64,000 nucleotides of DNA, taken from the NCBI RefSeq assembly GCF_022846255.1, contig NZ_AP025682.1. One strand, written 5' to 3'. Of this stretch, positions 10,916 to 24,220 are shown piece after piece. Position 1 is the stretch's first letter; the number at the start of each line of letters is the position of its first letter. This DNA is from Escherichia coli (GTDB taxonomy: Bacteria; Pseudomonadota; Gammaproteobacteria; Enterobacterales; Enterobacteriaceae). The notes under the pieces were generated by a model, which saw only the letters and a program-made list of their open reading frames with translations, was not told the origin of the DNA and ran no database searches. Made by a program: the position numbers and the translations under genes.

Positions 10916-10967
10916 GTCCCTTTTTAAATAAATTGCGCGTTTGGTTACGGTTTGTGCGTTTTGCTGC

Positions 10968-12353
10968 TTATTCCTCCAGTTTATGCGCTTTACCGTGGCG
11001 ATTAAGCCCAAAAACTTTATAAATCGCCGTCACCACCAGCATAAAGATGATGCCGACAAACAGCGACATACGCGTATCTTCATTAAAGTACATGCCGATC
11101 AAAACGCAAATCAGGAATGCCATTGTTACGTAGTTGGCCCAAGGGAACAGGATTGAGCGGAACGGATGGCTGGCAATTGCTGCTTTATGCGCACGACGAA
11201 AACGCAGCTGGCTTATCAATATCACAAACCATGGCACCATCCCCGGAAGCACGCTGGCACTGTAGACGTAAACAAACACACGCTGCGGATTGGGAATGAT
11301 GTAGTTCAGGCATGAGCCAATTAGCAGAATAGCAATAGATACTGCCACACCCGCAACCGGTACGCCGTGACGGGAAACTTTCGCCATTGCCGCCGGTAAC
11401 TGACGGTTTTTCGCCAGTGCATAGAGCATACGTCCGCAACTGTACATGCCGCTGTTACAGCCAGAGAGCGCAGCCGTCAGCACCACAAAGTTGATAATGC
11501 CCGCCGCTGCGGTAATGCCGATTTTGGCGAAAGTCAGTACGAACGGGCTACCGTTGCTGCCTATTTCATTCCACGGGAAGATAGTAACGATAACGAAAAT
11601 CGCGCCAACGTAGAAAATCAGGATTCGCCACAGCACCTTGCCTACGGCACTGCGCAGCGTCACCTGCGGATTCTTCGCTTCACCGGCAGTAATGCCAATC
11701 AGCTCCACGCCCTGGTAGGACGCCACCACAATACACAATGCGGTCAGGAACCCTTTCCAGCCACCAGCAAAGAAACCGCCATGCTCTGTGAGATTGCTAA
11801 AACCAATCGACTGCCCGCCATTGCCAAAGCCAAAGAAAATCACACCCAGGCCAATGACAATCATCACGATAATCGTGGTGACTTTGATCATCGCGAACCA
11901 GAACTCGATTTCGCCGTACAACCTCACCGCAGCCAGATTCGCCAACGCCACCAGCGCCACCGCGATCAATGCGGGTATCCACTGCGCCATCTCCGGGAAC
12001 CAGAACTGGACATAAACGCCAATGGCGGTGATTTCTGAGATCCCCACCGCCATCCACATAAACCAGTAAGACCAGGCGGTGAGATAACCAAAGAACGGGC
12101 TCATATAACGATGCGCGTAAACGGCGAACGAACCGGTAACCGGTTCGAGGAACAACATTTCGCCCATTGAACGCATGATGAAAAAGACGAACAGCCCGGC
12201 GATGATATAGGCCAACAATACGGATGGCCCGGCCCATTTCAGGGTACTGGCGGCCCCCATAAACAGGCCGACGCCAATGGTGCCCCCCAGGGCGATGAGT
12301 TCGATATGTCGAGCTTCCAGCCCACGCTGTAGCTCTGGTTTGTTATCTGCCAT
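10968..12353 (-). CDS. yifK: APC-family amino acid permease YifK
   Basis: 461-aa ORF with ~12 predicted TM helices; matches YifK. Confidence 0.92.
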   Translation of the reverse strand: MADNKPELQRGLEARHIELIALGGTIGVGLFMGAASTLKWAGPSVLLAYIIAGLFVFFIMRSMGEMLFLEPVTGSFAVYAHRYMSPFFGYLTAWSYWFMWMAVGISEITAIGVYVQFWFPEMAQWIPALIAVALVALANLAAVRLYGEIEFWFAMIKVTTIIVMIVIGLGVIFFGFGNGGQSIGFSNLTEHGGFFAGGWKGFLTALCIVVASYQGVELIGITAGEAKNPQVTLRSAVGKVLWRILIFYVGAIFVIVTIFPWNEIGSNGSPFVLTFAKIGITAAAGIINFVVLTAALSGCNSGMYSCGRMLYALAKNRQLPAAMAKVSRHGVPVAGVAVSIAILLIGSCLNYIIPNPQRVFVYVYSASVLPGMVPWFVILISQLRFRRAHKAAIASHPFRSILFPWANYVTMAFLICVLIGMYFNEDTRMSLFVGIIFMLVVTAIYKVFGLNRHGKAHKLEE

Positions 12354-12484
12354 AAATCCTCGTGTTGTGTTTGCATGCTTTCCGGTGTTACCGGTTATCG
12401 TTATGGGTACATCGAGTGTTGCGAATGTTTTCGTAATTCAGGAGAAATGGCAAATAAAGCATTAAAAATTTGAATGCTTTGTGT

Positions 12485-12525
12485 AATAAAAAAGCAGACA
12501 GGCGACGAAGTGACCACTCCGTCGC
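12485..12525 (-). terminator. Putative terminator at the end of the wec (ECA) operon
   Basis: Minus strand hairpin gcgacg...cgtcgc followed by ctgcttttttatt, 19 nt after wecG stop. Confidence 0.45.
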
Positions 12526-12543
12526 TTTACAAAGAGAGGAAAA

Positions 12544-13284
12544 TCAGAGGTTGCCGGTGTAATGCCAGCGTAAATAACGCAGCAAACGAAGCTGACGCTT
12601 AATGCGGCTCGGCTGCGAAAGCAGGCGGTAGAGCCACTCCAGCCCCAGCGTTTGCCAGATTTTCGGTGCGCGTTTTACGTGACCGGTGAAAACATCGTAG
12701 GTCCCGCCAACGCCCATATACAGCGCATCTGGATGCACCAGACGGCAGTCGCGCATGAAGATCTCCTGCTTTGGCGATCCCATCGCAACGGTGACGATTT
12801 GCGCTCCGCTGGCATGAATGCGTTCAAACAGCGCCTGACGCTGCTCGGGTTTAAAATAACCATCCTGACTGCCAACGATATTCACATTCCACTGGTTGCG
12901 CAGTTTAGCTTCAGTTTGCGCCAGCACTTCAGGTTTACCGCCCACAAGAAATACCGGTGTCCCTTCTTTGCCTGCGCGCGCCATCAGCTCTTCCCAGAGA
13001 TCGGCACCGGCAACGCGGGAAACCTGCGCCTGCGGGTACTTTTTACGTACTGAACGTACAACGCTGATGCCATCCGCATATTTAAATTCGGCAGCGTTAA
13101 TTAGCTCCCTGACCTCAGCATTATCTTCAATGGTCAGCATTTTTTCGGCATTAATGGCAACCAGCGTTCCCTGCTTAAGCTGCCCGTCAGCGAACAGATA
13201 ATCGAGGGCGTGCTGCATATCACGCCAACCGATCAACTGTAAGCCACGCAGCGTATAGGTCGGTGCCGTGGTGTTGTTATTCAT
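12544..13284 (-). CDS. wecG: UDP-N-acetyl-D-mannosaminuronic acid transferase (ECA synthesis)
   Basis: 246-aa ORF; last gene of ECA cluster; matches WecG/RffM. Confidence 0.93.
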
Positions 13285-13286
13285 TG

Positions 13287-14639
13287 TTATCCTTCAACCT
13301 GCGTCCGGAGCGATGATTTTGTACGTTTATGAATGAGTCCGGCGCTTTCAAAAAGCCAGTACAACAGTTTTGCGATCATCAGACATGCGCCGAAGACCAC
13401 GATAAAAAAGACCACGCGTGAGACAAACGAATCCAGCCCTTCACGCGCCAGCACGATCATATTGAAGATCGCCCCGAAGCAGAAACTGTGCAATATCGCA
13501 GCCTTATAGCGATTAGTCTCGCGGTTGCCCAGCTCATACAGCCAGTCGAACCATTTGATAATCAGTCCAACCACAATCGCCCCGAGCGGGATGAACAACG
13601 CGCCGCCCATCACCACCAGTGAGCCTATAAGCGTAGGCGAGATCGCCAGTCCGGAGTGGTTATTCAGCACTTCCCAGGTAAAGTAGTTGGCGGAGTTCAG
13701 CACCATACTCGGGCGACCCGGCCACAGCCAGGAAGGGATAAAGACATAGAAATCGCGGACAATGGGAGCCAGGCCCTGGAAGTCGATGTTGTCGTAGTTC
13801 TGCAACAGCAACGCCAGATTCTCCCACGGCGAGAAGGTGTCGCGAGTGAGATAGAGAAACGTATAGAACGCTTCATCGCCGCTCACATTCATTCCATAGC
13901 GTTTTAGCGCCAGCCAGAACATGCCCACAATCCCCAGCACGCCCGCCGCCGCCAGCATCCACAACGAAATCCAGCCGCGAATAATGCCAATAAAGAGGAA
14001 GATAGCGAATGCGATAATGATATTGGCGCGAGTGCCGCCGACAATCATGTAAGTCAACAAGCCAAAGGCAACCGTGCTGACGAGGAAAAACAGCCACGCT
14101 TTGCTGTCCTGGCGCAGAAAGTAGACCACCAGCATCGCCGGGATGAAAAAGTAAAAGAAGCGTTTTAACGCCACGCCGGAGACTTCACTGGAGAAGATCT
14201 GACTGTAGGAGTTAAGCCGGAACAGCAAAAAGCCGTTGTGCATGAAGAAGATGCCGACGCTTACCAGCGCGATGCCCATCAGGATCACCCACGTGAGATT
14301 GGTTTCCACGCGGTTCATGGTAAACAGCGGACGGCGCGGTACATCAGCAACGCGTTTGCGTAGGCGGGTTTTGTAGGTGACGTAGTAAACCGCGTAGAAG
14401 CAGCCCGCAGAAAGCAACGCCTGCAACAAGATTTCTGGCGGCGCGACACCAACATCAAAGCGAAAAACCAGCACGCTGGTCAGCGGGAAGCCGAAGAAAA
14501 AGGTGAGCAAAAACAGCAATGAAAAGAAGACATTGAAGTTAAAGCGCACACGGCGAAACTCAAACCAGGTCAGCGTGGCAATAAACAGCGTGCAGAGCAG
14601 CCAGACAACAAACAGGCCACTGAATTGCAGCAGACTCAT
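13287..14639 (-). CDS. wzyE: ECA polymerase WzyE (polytopic membrane protein)
   Basis: 450-aa hydrophobic ORF; position and sequence match WzyE. Confidence 0.92.
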
Positions 14640-15715
14640 GCGACCTCCCCGGCGGCAATCGCCAACGCCCGCTGCCAGCCTTGTAGATAGTTAGGGCTAA
14701 AGAAGGCAATGGTGTTTTTATCCACCGACGCCAACTGGCGCTGCGCTTCACGCACAATATCCTCGTTGAGATCGTCGGTAGTAAACAGCACTGGCAAATG
14801 CTGTTCCGTCATATCCTGCCAGAACGGATTTTCCCGGTTAAGCACACAAGGAATGCCCGCCTGAATCAGTAAGCACAGCGTACCAATGCCCTGCTGGCGG
14901 GCAAAAATAAAGTAACCAAGATCGCACTGACGAAGTAGCGTCAGATAGGCGTCAAATTCCAGTTTTTCGCTCAGAACTTGCAGATTTTCTTCGCTGAATA
15001 ACTCCAGCCCCGCCTGACGAACTTCCTCAATGTACGCTTCGTTATTGGGCGGATATCCCATCGGCACCACCACTTTTACCGTATCGCCAAATTGCTGATG
15101 AACGGCACGTAAGGCGGCGACATGCTCATTGCTGCGGTCGCCGGAGTTCCCCACCAGAATGGTCATTTTCCCTTCACGTTGCCGATCGTTCGCCATCGTA
15201 TTAAGAGAAGGGTCCATCCGCGTCGGGAAGTACAGCAGTTCTCCCCGCACCTTTGGATGCGTTTTGGCAAAAAAGCTCAAATCACCGCGGGTGGCAAATA
15301 CACAGCCGACTCTCTTTTGCGCCAGGCGGCGTAGCGGGTAAAAAAGCTTATATCTCAAGCCACTGGAAAGCTCATACAGGTCTGCTCCCCAGATATGCCA
15401 GAAAAACTGGCTGGGCTTAATGCCACCACTCAGCAGAGCCAGCCACAGTTTGGGATTGAACTGACCGTGGAAAAAAAATCGCTGCTGACGGTTAGCTTTT
15501 GCTTTCGCGATGACCGCTTCCGCCAGCGATTTTTTCCCAGGGAAAAATTGCACAGAAAGCGCCGGACAGCTATCACTTAAGCCGTCGTCCTTGCCAACAA
15601 CCATAAACTCGCGCGCGTGCTCGCTCGTCGCGGCCAGCGCGTCGTTGAAAAACCGCAGAACGGTTCGGTTATGGTGAGGGATATCCGATCCCAGTACGTG
15701 AATCAGTACAGTCAT
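14636..15715 (-). CDS. wecF: TDP-Fuc4NAc:lipid II 4-alpha-L-fucosaminyltransferase
   Basis: 359-aa ORF; 4-nt overlaps with flanking genes; matches WecF/RffT. Confidence 0.92.
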
Positions 15716-16962
15716 GCCCGCCTACGCCAGAGTAAAAACACGCCACAACAAAGAGAAAAATAGACGATATAGGTTGCCATATAGGCCTGTGCTGCGCCCA
15801 GTGCGCCATGCGCAGGGATTAGCCAGTGGGCAAATACCATCAATAAAGTGAACTGGCTGATTTCCGCCAGAATATAAAACCGCAGTGACGCTTTGGCGAT
15901 CACCAGATAACCAAAGACATAAGCGCCCACTTTTAACACATCACCCACTAACTGCCAGGCAAAGAGATCGCGCATAGCGGTAAATTTATTCGACAACAGC
16001 AGCCAGATAGCAAAATCACGCAGCAACCAGACGGTAAAACTCGCCGCCGCCACTGCCGGTAAGACGAATTTTAGCGATTTAACCACTTCCCGGGTGATAT
16101 CGCGCTTTTCCGTTAGCCGCGACAACGTGGGCAGCAAATATACGCTGAACGATGCCGTAATAAATTGCAGGTAGGCATCGGAAATACTGCTCACCCCTTG
16201 CCAGATCCCCACCTCATCCCAGCTATACTGCGCCGCCAGCAGTTTACGCATCATGATGTAAGCAACAGGCAAGGTCACCGACGTAATCAACGCCATGAGC
16301 GTAAATTTGCTCAACTGCCCTGCCAGACCGTTATCCCAGCTGGGTTTCAGATAGCTTAACGGGATGACACCACGTTTGATCAACATGATGGCGGCAGGAA
16401 TTACCACCAGCGCGGGAATCAGCGCCAGACCCAGCAACGCCCCTTCATAACCGCCCAAACGGTAACTGACGTAGTACGCGAGAACGCCAATCAAGCTGCC
16501 GACAATCAGCGATAACGCATTACCTGCGGCATCGCGAAAGCCTTTCATCAGCGCCAGTAACAGGTTGCCCCAGGCGATCCCCATTTGCACCAGCGCCACT
16601 AAACGCACCAGCCCCTGATAGTCGGTATTACCAAACAATCCCTGGCTGATTGGCGCAGCTGCCAGCACAAAAACCAGCGCCATCAGCGTAGAGAAACCAA
16701 GTACCATCGCTGATGAAGTGCCGACCACGCGGCGCAGCTGTTGCGGATTATCATGGTACTGGGCAACGTATTTGGTTACACCGTTAAAGATGCCAGCCCC
16801 GGCAAGCACGCCGAGCACGGTAATCAACTGGCGGAAATTTGCCGCCAGCCCAAGCCCCGCCGGACCAAATGACACTGCCAGCAACTTACCGACCAGTAAC
16901 CCGGCACCAATCTTGACCAGTGTACTGGCCGCCGTCCACAAGGACGCTTTTGCCAACGACAT
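15712..16962 (-). CDS. wzxE: ECA lipid III flippase WzxE
   Basis: 416-aa multi-TM ORF; matches WzxE. Confidence 0.92.
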   Translation of the reverse strand: MSLAKASLWTAASTLVKIGAGLLVGKLLAVSFGPAGLGLAANFRQLITVLGVLAGAGIFNGVTKYVAQYHDNPQQLRRVVGTSSAMVLGFSTLMALVFVLAAAPISQGLFGNTDYQGLVRLVALVQMGIAWGNLLLALMKGFRDAAGNALSLIVGSLIGVLAYYVSYRLGGYEGALLGLALIPALVVIPAAIMLIKRGVIPLSYLKPSWDNGLAGQLSKFTLMALITSVTLPVAYIMMRKLLAAQYSWDEVGIWQGVSSISDAYLQFITASFSVYLLPTLSRLTEKRDITREVVKSLKFVLPAVAAASFTVWLLRDFAIWLLLSNKFTAMRDLFAWQLVGDVLKVGAYVFGYLVIAKASLRFYILAEISQFTLLMVFAHWLIPAHGALGAAQAYMATYIVYFSLCCGVFLLWRRRA

Positions 16963-16963
16963 A

Positions 16964-18094
16964 TCAGGAGAAGTAGTTCAACAAGGTCGCAATTACCGTA
17001 CGCTGATTGACGGGCGACAGGTTGTAGAACAACGGCAGGCGCAGCAGGCGCTCGCTCTCTTTGGTGGTGTAGCGATCTTCACCGTGGAACTCACCAAAGC
17101 GTTCCCCCGCAGGGCAACCGTGCAGCGGAATGTAATGGAACACCGCCATGATTTCCGCTTCTTTCAGAAAGTTAATCAATGCGCTCCGGTCATCAATATC
17201 CCGCAGTTTAATGTAGAACATATGCGCGTTCTGCACGCAGCCATCGGGAATCGACGGCAGCTCGATACGCCCGGCTTTCGCCAGAGGTGCTAACGCATCG
17301 TAGTAGTTTTGCCACAGCGCCAGACGCTGCTGATTGATACGATCCGCTGCTTCCAGTTGCGCCCACAGGTACGCAGCTTGCAGATCGGACATCAAATAGC
17401 TGGAGCCAATATCGCGCCAGGTATATTTATCGACCTGACCACGGAAGAACTGGCTGCGGTTTGTGCCTTTTTCACGGATGATCTCTGCTCGTTCGATCAA
17501 CGCTTTATCGTTAATCAGCGTCGCGCCGCCTTCACCACCCGCCGTGTAGTTTTTGGTTTCATGGAAGCTAAAGCAGCCAATATGACCAATGGTTCCCAGC
17601 GCACGCCCTTTGTAAGTGGACATCACGCCCTGAGCGGCATCTTCCACCACAAACAGATTATGCTTCTTCGCCAACGCCATAATGGTGTCCATTTCGCAGG
17701 CCACACCCGCGTAATGGACCGGCACGATAACGCGCGTTTTGTCGGTGATCGCCGCTTCAATCAGCGTTTCGTCGATGTTCATGGTGTCCGGGCGAACATC
17801 CACAAAGACGATTTTCGCGCCACGCAGCACAAAGGCATTGGCGGTGGAGACAAAGGTGTAGCTCGGCATGATCACTTCATCGCCAGGCTGGATATCGAGC
17901 AGCAGCGCCGCCATCTCCAGCGAAGCGGTGCAGGATGGCGTCAGTAACACTTTGGCGCTGCCAAAACGTTGCTCCAGCCACTGCTGGCAGCGACGGGTAA
18001 AACCGCCATCGCCACACAGTTTGCCGCTACCCATTGCCGACTGCATATAGTCGAGTTCGGTTCCCACCACCGGCGGTGCGTTAAATGGAATCAT
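16964..18094 (-). CDS. wecE: dTDP-4-dehydro-6-deoxy-D-glucose aminotransferase (PLP-dependent)
   Basis: 376-aa ORF; DegT/aminotransferase family; matches WecE/RffA. Confidence 0.93.
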   Translation of the reverse strand: MIPFNAPPVVGTELDYMQSAMGSGKLCGDGGFTRRCQQWLEQRFGSAKVLLTPSCTASLEMAALLLDIQPGDEVIMPSYTFVSTANAFVLRGAKIVFVDVRPDTMNIDETLIEAAITDKTRVIVPVHYAGVACEMDTIMALAKKHNLFVVEDAAQGVMSTYKGRALGTIGHIGCFSFHETKNYTAGGEGGATLINDKALIERAEIIREKGTNRSQFFRGQVDKYTWRDIGSSYLMSDLQAAYLWAQLEAADRINQQRLALWQNYYDALAPLAKAGRIELPSIPDGCVQNAHMFYIKLRDIDDRSALINFLKEAEIMAVFHYIPLHGCPAGERFGEFHGEDRYTTKESERLLRLPLFYNLSPVNQRTVIATLLNYFS

Positions 18095-18098
18095 GTGA

Positions 18099-18773
18099 TC
18101 ACCTGTATAACCAGTACGCGGTGCTTTCTACATTCGCACCACTTTGTATGTATCGTTTAAGCGCGGCGGTGTTGCCCATCTGGGTCGCCACCCGCAAAGT
18201 TGTTTTACCGCGAGCATACGCCCAGTTTAGCGCTGTTTGCATTAGCTCAGCACCTGCACCGCGTCCAGCCAGCAGGCCAATTCGCGCATCTGTCGCATTG
18301 AGTTCCCGTAAAGAGACATAGCCGCGAATATCGCCGGACGCCGCACGTAAAATCAGACATTGATGATCAAAGGTGCCGCGCACGGCATTTTCAATCCACT
18401 GCGCATAAAAGCGACCGCTGGCGTCAGGCGCATACCATGGCGCACGAAAACGGCTTTGCGCAAATGCGGCGCTGGCTAACTGACGTAATGCGGGAATATC
18501 GGTCTCTTGTGCCACTACAGCACCGCTATCACTGACATTGTTCACGGGTAGCGCCAAATCAACTTCACCTTCTACCAGGGAGAATCCCAGCTGTTGCAGG
18601 GCATCCAGTTCACCCGTATTTGATGCCGCAATTTTGGCCTGCACCCGTGACCACGGCGCTAACGCGTCTGGCGTCAGGAGCGGTGCTTCAGACGTAATGC
18701 GCACAATGGCACTGTTAACACCAAAGAAGGCGTTTTCCCAGGTTAGTGGCTCAATACTGGCGCGGACGGGCAC
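18099..18773 (-). CDS. wecD: dTDP-fucosamine acetyltransferase (GNAT)
   Basis: 224-aa ORF; overlaps rffH 3' end by 23 nt; a shorter 181-aa form from an internal GTG is possible. Confidence 0.85.
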   Translation of the reverse strand: MPVRASIEPLTWENAFFGVNSAIVRITSEAPLLTPDALAPWSRVQAKIAASNTGELDALQQLGFSLVEGEVDLALPVNNVSDSGAVVAQETDIPALRQLASAAFAQSRFRAPWYAPDASGRFYAQWIENAVRGTFDHQCLILRAASGDIRGYVSLRELNATDARIGLLAGRGAGAELMQTALNWAYARGKTTLRVATQMGNTAALKRYIQSGANVESTAYWLYR

Positions 18774-19632
18774 GAAGTAACTCCAGCAGATATTGGCCGT
18801 AGCCAGTTTTCGCCAGCGAGCTGGCGGCGCGCTTCACGCCTTCGTCATCAAGCCAGCCGTTACGCCAGGCGATCTCTTCCAGGCAGGCAATCTTAAAGCC
18901 CTGGCGTTTTTCCACCGTCTGTACAAAGGTGCTGGCTTCAATCAGGCTGTCGTGAGTGCCAGTGTCCAGCCAGGCAAATCCGCGCCCGAGCAGTTCAACG
19001 GTCAGGTTGCCCGCCTCGAGGTACATCTGGTTGATGGAGGTAATCTCCAGTTCACCACGCTCCGACGGCTTCACCTGCTTTGCGTACTCCACAACTTTAC
19101 TGTCGTAGAAATAAAGCCCGGTCACCGCCCAGTTTGATTTTGACTGTTTTGGCTTTTCTTCCAGAGAGATAGCGCGGAAATTGTCGTCAAACTCCACGAC
19201 GCCAAAGCGTTCTGGATCCATTACCTGATAGCCAAATACCGTCGCCCCTTGCGTGCGCGCCGCAACATGACGCAGCTTCGGACTGAAGCCCTGACCGAAG
19301 AAGATGTTATCGCCCAGCACCAGACAAGATGGCTCACCATTAAGGAAGGTTTCACCGATGATAAATGCCTGCGCAAGACCGTCCGGGCTGGGCTGTTCGG
19401 CATATTCCAGCTGGATACCGAACTCACTACCATCGCCCAGCAGGCGCTGGAAATAACCTTTGTCTTCCGGCGTAGTGATGATGAGAATTTCGCGGATACC
19501 GGCCAGCATCAGCACCGACAGCGGATAGTAAATCATTGGCTTATCGTAAATCGGCAACAGTTGCTTCGATACGCCGCGCGTAATCGGATGCAATCGGGTG
19601 CCGGAACCGCCCGCCAGGATAATACCTTTCAT
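18751..19632 (-). CDS. rffH: Glucose-1-phosphate thymidylyltransferase 2
   Basis: 293-aa ORF starting [18 protein letters not shown]...; matches RffH. Confidence 0.95.
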   Translation of the reverse strand: MKGIILAGGSGTRLHPITRGVSKQLLPIYDKPMIYYPLSVLMLAGIREILIITTPEDKGYFQRLLGDGSEFGIQLEYAEQPSPDGLAQAFIIGETFLNGEPSCLVLGDNIFFGQGFSPKLRHVAARTQGATVFGYQVMDPERFGVVEFDDNFRAISLEEKPKQSKSNWAVTGLYFYDSKVVEYAKQVKPSERGELEITSINQMYLEAGNLTVELLGRGFAWLDTGTHDSLIEASTFVQTVEKRQGFKIACLEEIAWRNGWLDDEGVKRAASSLAKTGYGQYLLELLRARPRQY

Positions 19633-19650
19633 GTTTGCCTCCGCTGAGAA

Positions 19651-20718
19651 TTAGCCGTTCAGACCTAAACGCTCGCCCTGATAGCTGCCGTCCTGCACCT
19701 GCTTCCACCAGCTTTCATTAGCCAGATACCACTGAACCGTTTTACGCATTCCACTTTCAAAGGTTTCCTGCGGCAGCCAGCCAAGTTCACGGGCAATTTT
19801 CGAAGCATCAATGGCATAGCGTAGGTCATGCCCTGGACGGTCAGCGACAAAGGTGATCAGATCGCGATAGTGCACCACGCCGTGCGGCTTGTTCGGAGCC
19901 AGTTCTTCCAGCAGCTCGCAGATGGTTTCCACAACCTCGAGATTCTTACGCTCGTTGTGACCGCCAATATTATAGGTTTCACCGACTTTCCCGGTGGTCG
20001 CCACGCAATACAGCGCGCGGGCATGATCTTCAACATACAGCCAGTCACGGATTTGCTGCCCGTTGCCATATACCGGCAGCGGTTTACCCGCCAGCGCGTT
20101 GAGGATCATCAGCGGGATCAGTTTTTCCGGAAAGTGGTAAGGACCGTAGTTATTCGAGCAGTTGGTGATAAGCGTCGGCAAACCATAGGTCCGCAGCCAG
20201 GCGCGCACCAGATGGTCGCTGCTGGCTTTTGACGCGGAATAAGGGCTGCTCGGCGCATACGGCGTGGTTTCGGTGAAGAAATCATCCGTCGAGTGCAGGT
20301 CACCATATACTTCGTCGGTGGAGATATGATGAAAACGGAACGCTGATTTTTTATCTTCCGTCAGCGCAGTCCAGTAAGCCCGCGCCGCTTCAAGCAGTGT
20401 ATAAGTCCCGACAATGTTGGTTTCAATAAACGCTGCCGGGCCGTCAATAGAACGGTCAACATGGCTTTCGGCTGCCAGATGCATGACACAGTCTGGCTGA
20501 TACTCAGTGAATACGCGCGCCAGTTCTGCCCGATCGCAGATATCAACTTTCTCAAAGGCAAAGCGCTCGCTTTGCGCGACCGGTGCCAGCGACATCAGGT
20601 TTCCGGCGTAGGTCAGCTTATCGACCACCACCACCGCGTCGCTCGTTTCGTTGATGATATAACGCACCAGCGCCGAGCCAATAAACCCGGCACCACCTGT
20701 TATCAGAATCTTTCTCAT
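19651..20718 (-). CDS. rffG: dTDP-glucose 4,6-dehydratase 2
   Basis: 355-aa ORF with N-terminal GGAGFIG Rossmann motif; matches RffG. Confidence 0.95.
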   Translation of the reverse strand: MRKILITGGAGFIGSALVRYIINETSDAVVVVDKLTYAGNLMSLAPVAQSERFAFEKVDICDRAELARVFTEYQPDCVMHLAAESHVDRSIDGPAAFIETNIVGTYTLLEAARAYWTALTEDKKSAFRFHHISTDEVYGDLHSTDDFFTETTPYAPSSPYSASKASSDHLVRAWLRTYGLPTLITNCSNNYGPYHFPEKLIPLMILNALAGKPLPVYGNGQQIRDWLYVEDHARALYCVATTGKVGETYNIGGHNERKNLEVVETICELLEELAPNKPHGVVHYRDLITFVADRPGHDLRYAIDASKIARELGWLPQETFESGMRKTVQWYLANESWWKQVQDGSYQGERLGLNG

Positions 20719-21980
20719 CAGCGCCAGACTCCTTTGGCATCGACGACATACTGCTGATGGACGTTGTCGCCATTGATAACTTTGAACTGACTATGATCGA
20801 CCAGCATCACCAGCACATCTGCCGTTGCCAGCGCCTCGTCAAGCTGCGCCAGAGTACAAAGCCCGGTCAGTTTCTTCGGCAACTGGTGGATGTTAGGCTC
20901 AACAACCAGCGTTTCGCCGCTGTGCCACTGGGCGATCAGTTCAGCGATTTCCATCGCAGGGCTTTCACGCAGGTCATCAATATTCGGTTTAAACGCCAGA
21001 CCAAAGCAGGCGATTTTCAGTTCACTGGCGCGTTTATCGGTAGCAGCAAGGCAGTCGGCAACCGCCGCTTTCACCTGATCGATAACCCAGAACGGTTTGT
21101 GATCGTTCACTTCGCGCGCGGTACGGATAAGCCGCGCCTGCTGCGGGTTCTGTGCCACGATAAACCACGGATCAACAGCAATGCAGTGACCGCCCACGCC
21201 AGGACCAGGCTGAAGAATATTAACGCGAGGGTGACGATTCGCCAGGCGAATCAGTTCCCAGACGTTAATTCCCTGATCGGCACAAATCAGCGACAGTTCG
21301 TTAGCAAAAGCGATATTCACATCGCGGAAGCTGTTTTCGGTGAGCTTACACATTTCCGCCGTCCGCGAGTTAGTGACGACACACTCACCTTCGAGGAAAA
21401 TTTTGTACAGTTCGCTGGCGCGGGCCGAACAAACCGGCGTCATACCACCAATCACGCGATCGTTTTTAATCAGCTCGACCATAACCTGGCCCGGTAACAC
21501 GCGTTCCGGGCAGTAAGCAATGTTGACGTCCGCCAACTCGCCCACCTGCTGTGGGAAAGTGAGATCTGGACGCATCTCTGCTAACCATTCTGCCATCTTC
21601 TCGGTTGACCCCACCGGCGAGGTGGATTCAAGGATCACCAGCGCGCCTTTTTTCAGCACTGGCGCAATGGAGCGAGCAGCCGATTCAACGTAGGTCATAT
21701 CTGGCTCATGATCGCCTTTAAACGGCGTGGGTACAGCAATCAGCCAGGCATCCGCTTCAACCGGCGTCGTGCTCGCTCGTAAAAAACCGCCTTCTACGGC
21801 AGTTTTTACTACGCTCGCCAAATCAGGCTCGACGATATGGATTTCGCCACGATTGATGGTATCAACTGCGTGTTGGTTGATATCGACACCAATCACCTGT
21901 TTTTGCCGAGAGGCAAACGCAGCTGCTGTAGGCAGCCCGATGTAACCCAGTCCGATAACAGAAATGGTCGCAAAACTCAT
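20718..21980 (-). CDS. wecC: UDP-N-acetyl-D-mannosamine dehydrogenase
   Basis: 420-aa ORF; GxGxxG NAD-binding N-terminus; matches WecC. Confidence 0.95.
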   Translation of the reverse strand: MSFATISVIGLGYIGLPTAAAFASRQKQVIGVDINQHAVDTINRGEIHIVEPDLASVVKTAVEGGFLRASTTPVEADAWLIAVPTPFKGDHEPDMTYVESAARSIAPVLKKGALVILESTSPVGSTEKMAEWLAEMRPDLTFPQQVGELADVNIAYCPERVLPGQVMVELIKNDRVIGGMTPVCSARASELYKIFLEGECVVTNSRTAEMCKLTENSFRDVNIAFANELSLICADQGINVWELIRLANRHPRVNILQPGPGVGGHCIAVDPWFIVAQNPQQARLIRTAREVNDHKPFWVIDQVKAAVADCLAATDKRASELKIACFGLAFKPNIDDLRESPAMEIAELIAQWHSGETLVVEPNIHQLPKKLTGLCTLAQLDEALATADVLVMLVDHSQFKVINGDNVHQQYVVDAKGVWR

Positions 21981-23107
21981 AGTGATATCCGATTATTTTT
22001 TAACGCTTCCAGAATGCGAGAGCATGCCTGACCATCACCATACGGGTTATGGGCGCGGCTCATAGCTTGATATTCGTTTTCGTCTTTTAAAAGACGCGTC
22101 ACTTCCTCGACAATTCGCTGCTTATCCGTGCCTACCAGACGCACCGTACCCGCCGTCACCGCTTCCGGACGCTCAGTGGTATCGCGCATTACCAGCACCG
22201 GTTTCCCCAGCGAAGGCGCTTCTTCCTGAATGCCGCCTGAGTCGGTCAAAATCAGCCAGGCGTGGTTCATCAGCCAGACAAACGGTAAATACTCCTGGGG
22301 ATCGATCAGAATGACATTTTTCACGTGCCCCAGAATGCGATTGACCGGCTCTCTGACGTTCGGGTTGAGATGCACCGGATAGACAATCTGGATGTCCTGG
22401 TGCGTGGTGGCGATGTCTGCCAGTGCATGGCAGATTTCTTCAAAACCACGACCAAAGCTCTCACGCCTGTGACCGGTCACCAGAATCATTTTTTTATCAG
22501 GGTCGATAAACGGATAATTTGCCGCCAGTTCTGAACGCAGCGTATCGCTGCTCATCACCTGGTCACGCACCCATAACAGTGCATCAATAACGGTATTACC
22601 GGTAATGAAGATTCGGCTGTCAGCAACGTTTTCACGCAGCAAGTTTTGCCGGGAAGTTTCGGTTGGAGAGAAGTGATACATCGCCAGATGCCCGGTCAAT
22701 GTACGGTTAGCCTCTTCCGGCCACGGCGAATAGAGATCGCCCGTGCGCAGACCAGCCTCAACGTGACCAACAGGAATACGCTGATAAAACGCCGCCAGGC
22801 TGGTTGCCAGCGTTGTAGTAGTATCACCGTGAACCAGCACGACGTCTGGTTTGAACTCGGCAAGAATTGGTTTTAGCCCTTCCAGAATCCGACAGGTTAT
22901 CTCTGTCAGGCCCTGTCCTGGCTGCATTATGTTGAGATCGTAGTCAGGTACAATGGAAAAGAGTTTCAGCACCTGATCGAGCATCTCCCGATGCTGCGCA
23001 GTGACGCAAACTTTAGCCTCAAAAAAAGGATCTTTTGCCAACGCATGCACCAACGGAGCCATCTTGATGGCTTCCGGGCGCGTACCAAATACAGTCAGTA
23101 CTTTCAC
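21977..23107 (-). CDS. wecB: UDP-N-acetylglucosamine 2-epimerase
   Basis: ORF 21977..23149; start taken at GTG giving [20 protein letters not shown] (376 aa); upstream in-frame ATG at 23149 is an alternative. Confidence 0.88.
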   Translation of the reverse strand: MKVLTVFGTRPEAIKMAPLVHALAKDPFFEAKVCVTAQHREMLDQVLKLFSIVPDYDLNIMQPGQGLTEITCRILEGLKPILAEFKPDVVLVHGDTTTTLATSLAAFYQRIPVGHVEAGLRTGDLYSPWPEEANRTLTGHLAMYHFSPTETSRQNLLRENVADSRIFITGNTVIDALLWVRDQVMSSDTLRSELAANYPFIDPDKKMILVTGHRRESFGRGFEEICHALADIATTHQDIQIVYPVHLNPNVREPVNRILGHVKNVILIDPQEYLPFVWLMNHAWLILTDSGGIQEEAPSLGKPVLVMRDTTERPEAVTAGTVRLVGTDKQRIVEEVTRLLKDENEYQAMSRAHNPYGDGQACSRILEALKNNRISL

Positions 23108-23162
23108 ATCGATTCTCTTCGAATAAGCGGCGAGCGCCTTTGCGCTCACCGCAGCAGTGTTG

Positions 23163-24209
23163 CTATTTCGAGCAACGGCGGGTTAATGCGACACCAGCCC
23201 CGATCAGCCCCCCGACAATGCCCCACATAATCATCAGGAAGGCACGACGTGGGCTATCGCGTTTTACCGGTTCTTCCGGCGTACGCAAATAGCGATAGGT
23301 CTGAAAACGCGGATCCAGGGTTGGACCAACATTCAGGGTGTTTAACATGGCCCGATTCTGATCATAGTCGAGATCAAAGGCCGGACCGACGGCCTGTAAA
23401 TTTTCCAGTCGAGCCTGGAGCATTGGACGTCCAAGCAGGAACATTTCTGAATCAGGTAGCTCCTCGGCAGGCACATCTGTCGCACTGCGCGAAATATTAT
23501 GCTGCTCAGCAATTTTCAGCGCCTGTTCAATACTGTTCATCCGGCGATCGTAGATGGCTTTCGCCACCTCTTCCTGACGCTTCACCTGAGCTTTCATCTG
23601 GATGGTGCGTGCCGCCCATGCGCCTTTCAGCTCATCATTCAGATGGCTGGCTGCACGCTGGCTGGCAAAAGCAACATACTGACGTAACAGGTTATTAGCG
23701 TCAGGCGCAGTTTCGGCAATCAGCTTCACGCTGTCATTGACCGCGCGGGTGAAGTCACCGGGAATAAACACGATGTTGTTGATCATTTCATCCAGCAACG
23801 CCGCATCGGCTTTGCTATTGCCCACCATCCGCTGTTTGTAATAGTCGGTTTGCAGCCAGAACTCTCTGCGGGTATCCCACGAGGCCAGTTGCATAACAAA
23901 CTCTTTATAGGCTTCGTCCATGACCGATGGTTGGTCGGCAGAAGCCATGTTTGAACGGACATCCAGGTTACGCAAAAATTGCTGCTGTGAGTAATATCCC
24001 CCCAGCATATTCACCGTTGGACGATCGGTAATCGCTGTCGAGCTCCACTCCTGGCGAGCAAAAAAAGTATACGCCAGCGCGATTAACGCAAACGCCAGCC
24101 CCATGCCAATAATCCACAGCTTCCCAGCCCACAAGGTACGAAACAACCCACGAATATCCAGTTCATTTTCAGCGTCTTCGGCCGGTTTCCCAGGCATTGG
24201 TTGTGTCAT
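23163..24209 (-). CDS. wzzE: ECA polysaccharide chain-length modulator WzzE
   Basis: ORF 23163..24212; start taken at second Met ([23 protein letters not shown]...); two TM segments flanking a periplasmic domain. Confidence 0.9.
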   Translation of the reverse strand: MTQPMPGKPAEDAENELDIRGLFRTLWAGKLWIIGMGLAFALIALAYTFFARQEWSSTAITDRPTVNMLGGYYSQQQFLRNLDVRSNMASADQPSVMDEAYKEFVMQLASWDTRREFWLQTDYYKQRMVGNSKADAALLDEMINNIVFIPGDFTRAVNDSVKLIAETAPDANNLLRQYVAFASQRAASHLNDELKGAWAARTIQMKAQVKRQEEVAKAIYDRRMNSIEQALKIAEQHNISRSATDVPAEELPDSEMFLLGRPMLQARLENLQAVGPAFDLDYDQNRAMLNTLNVGPTLDPRFQTYRYLRTPEEPVKRDSPRRAFLMIMWGIVGGLIGAGVALTRRCSK

Positions 24210-24220
24210 CACATCCTCAT

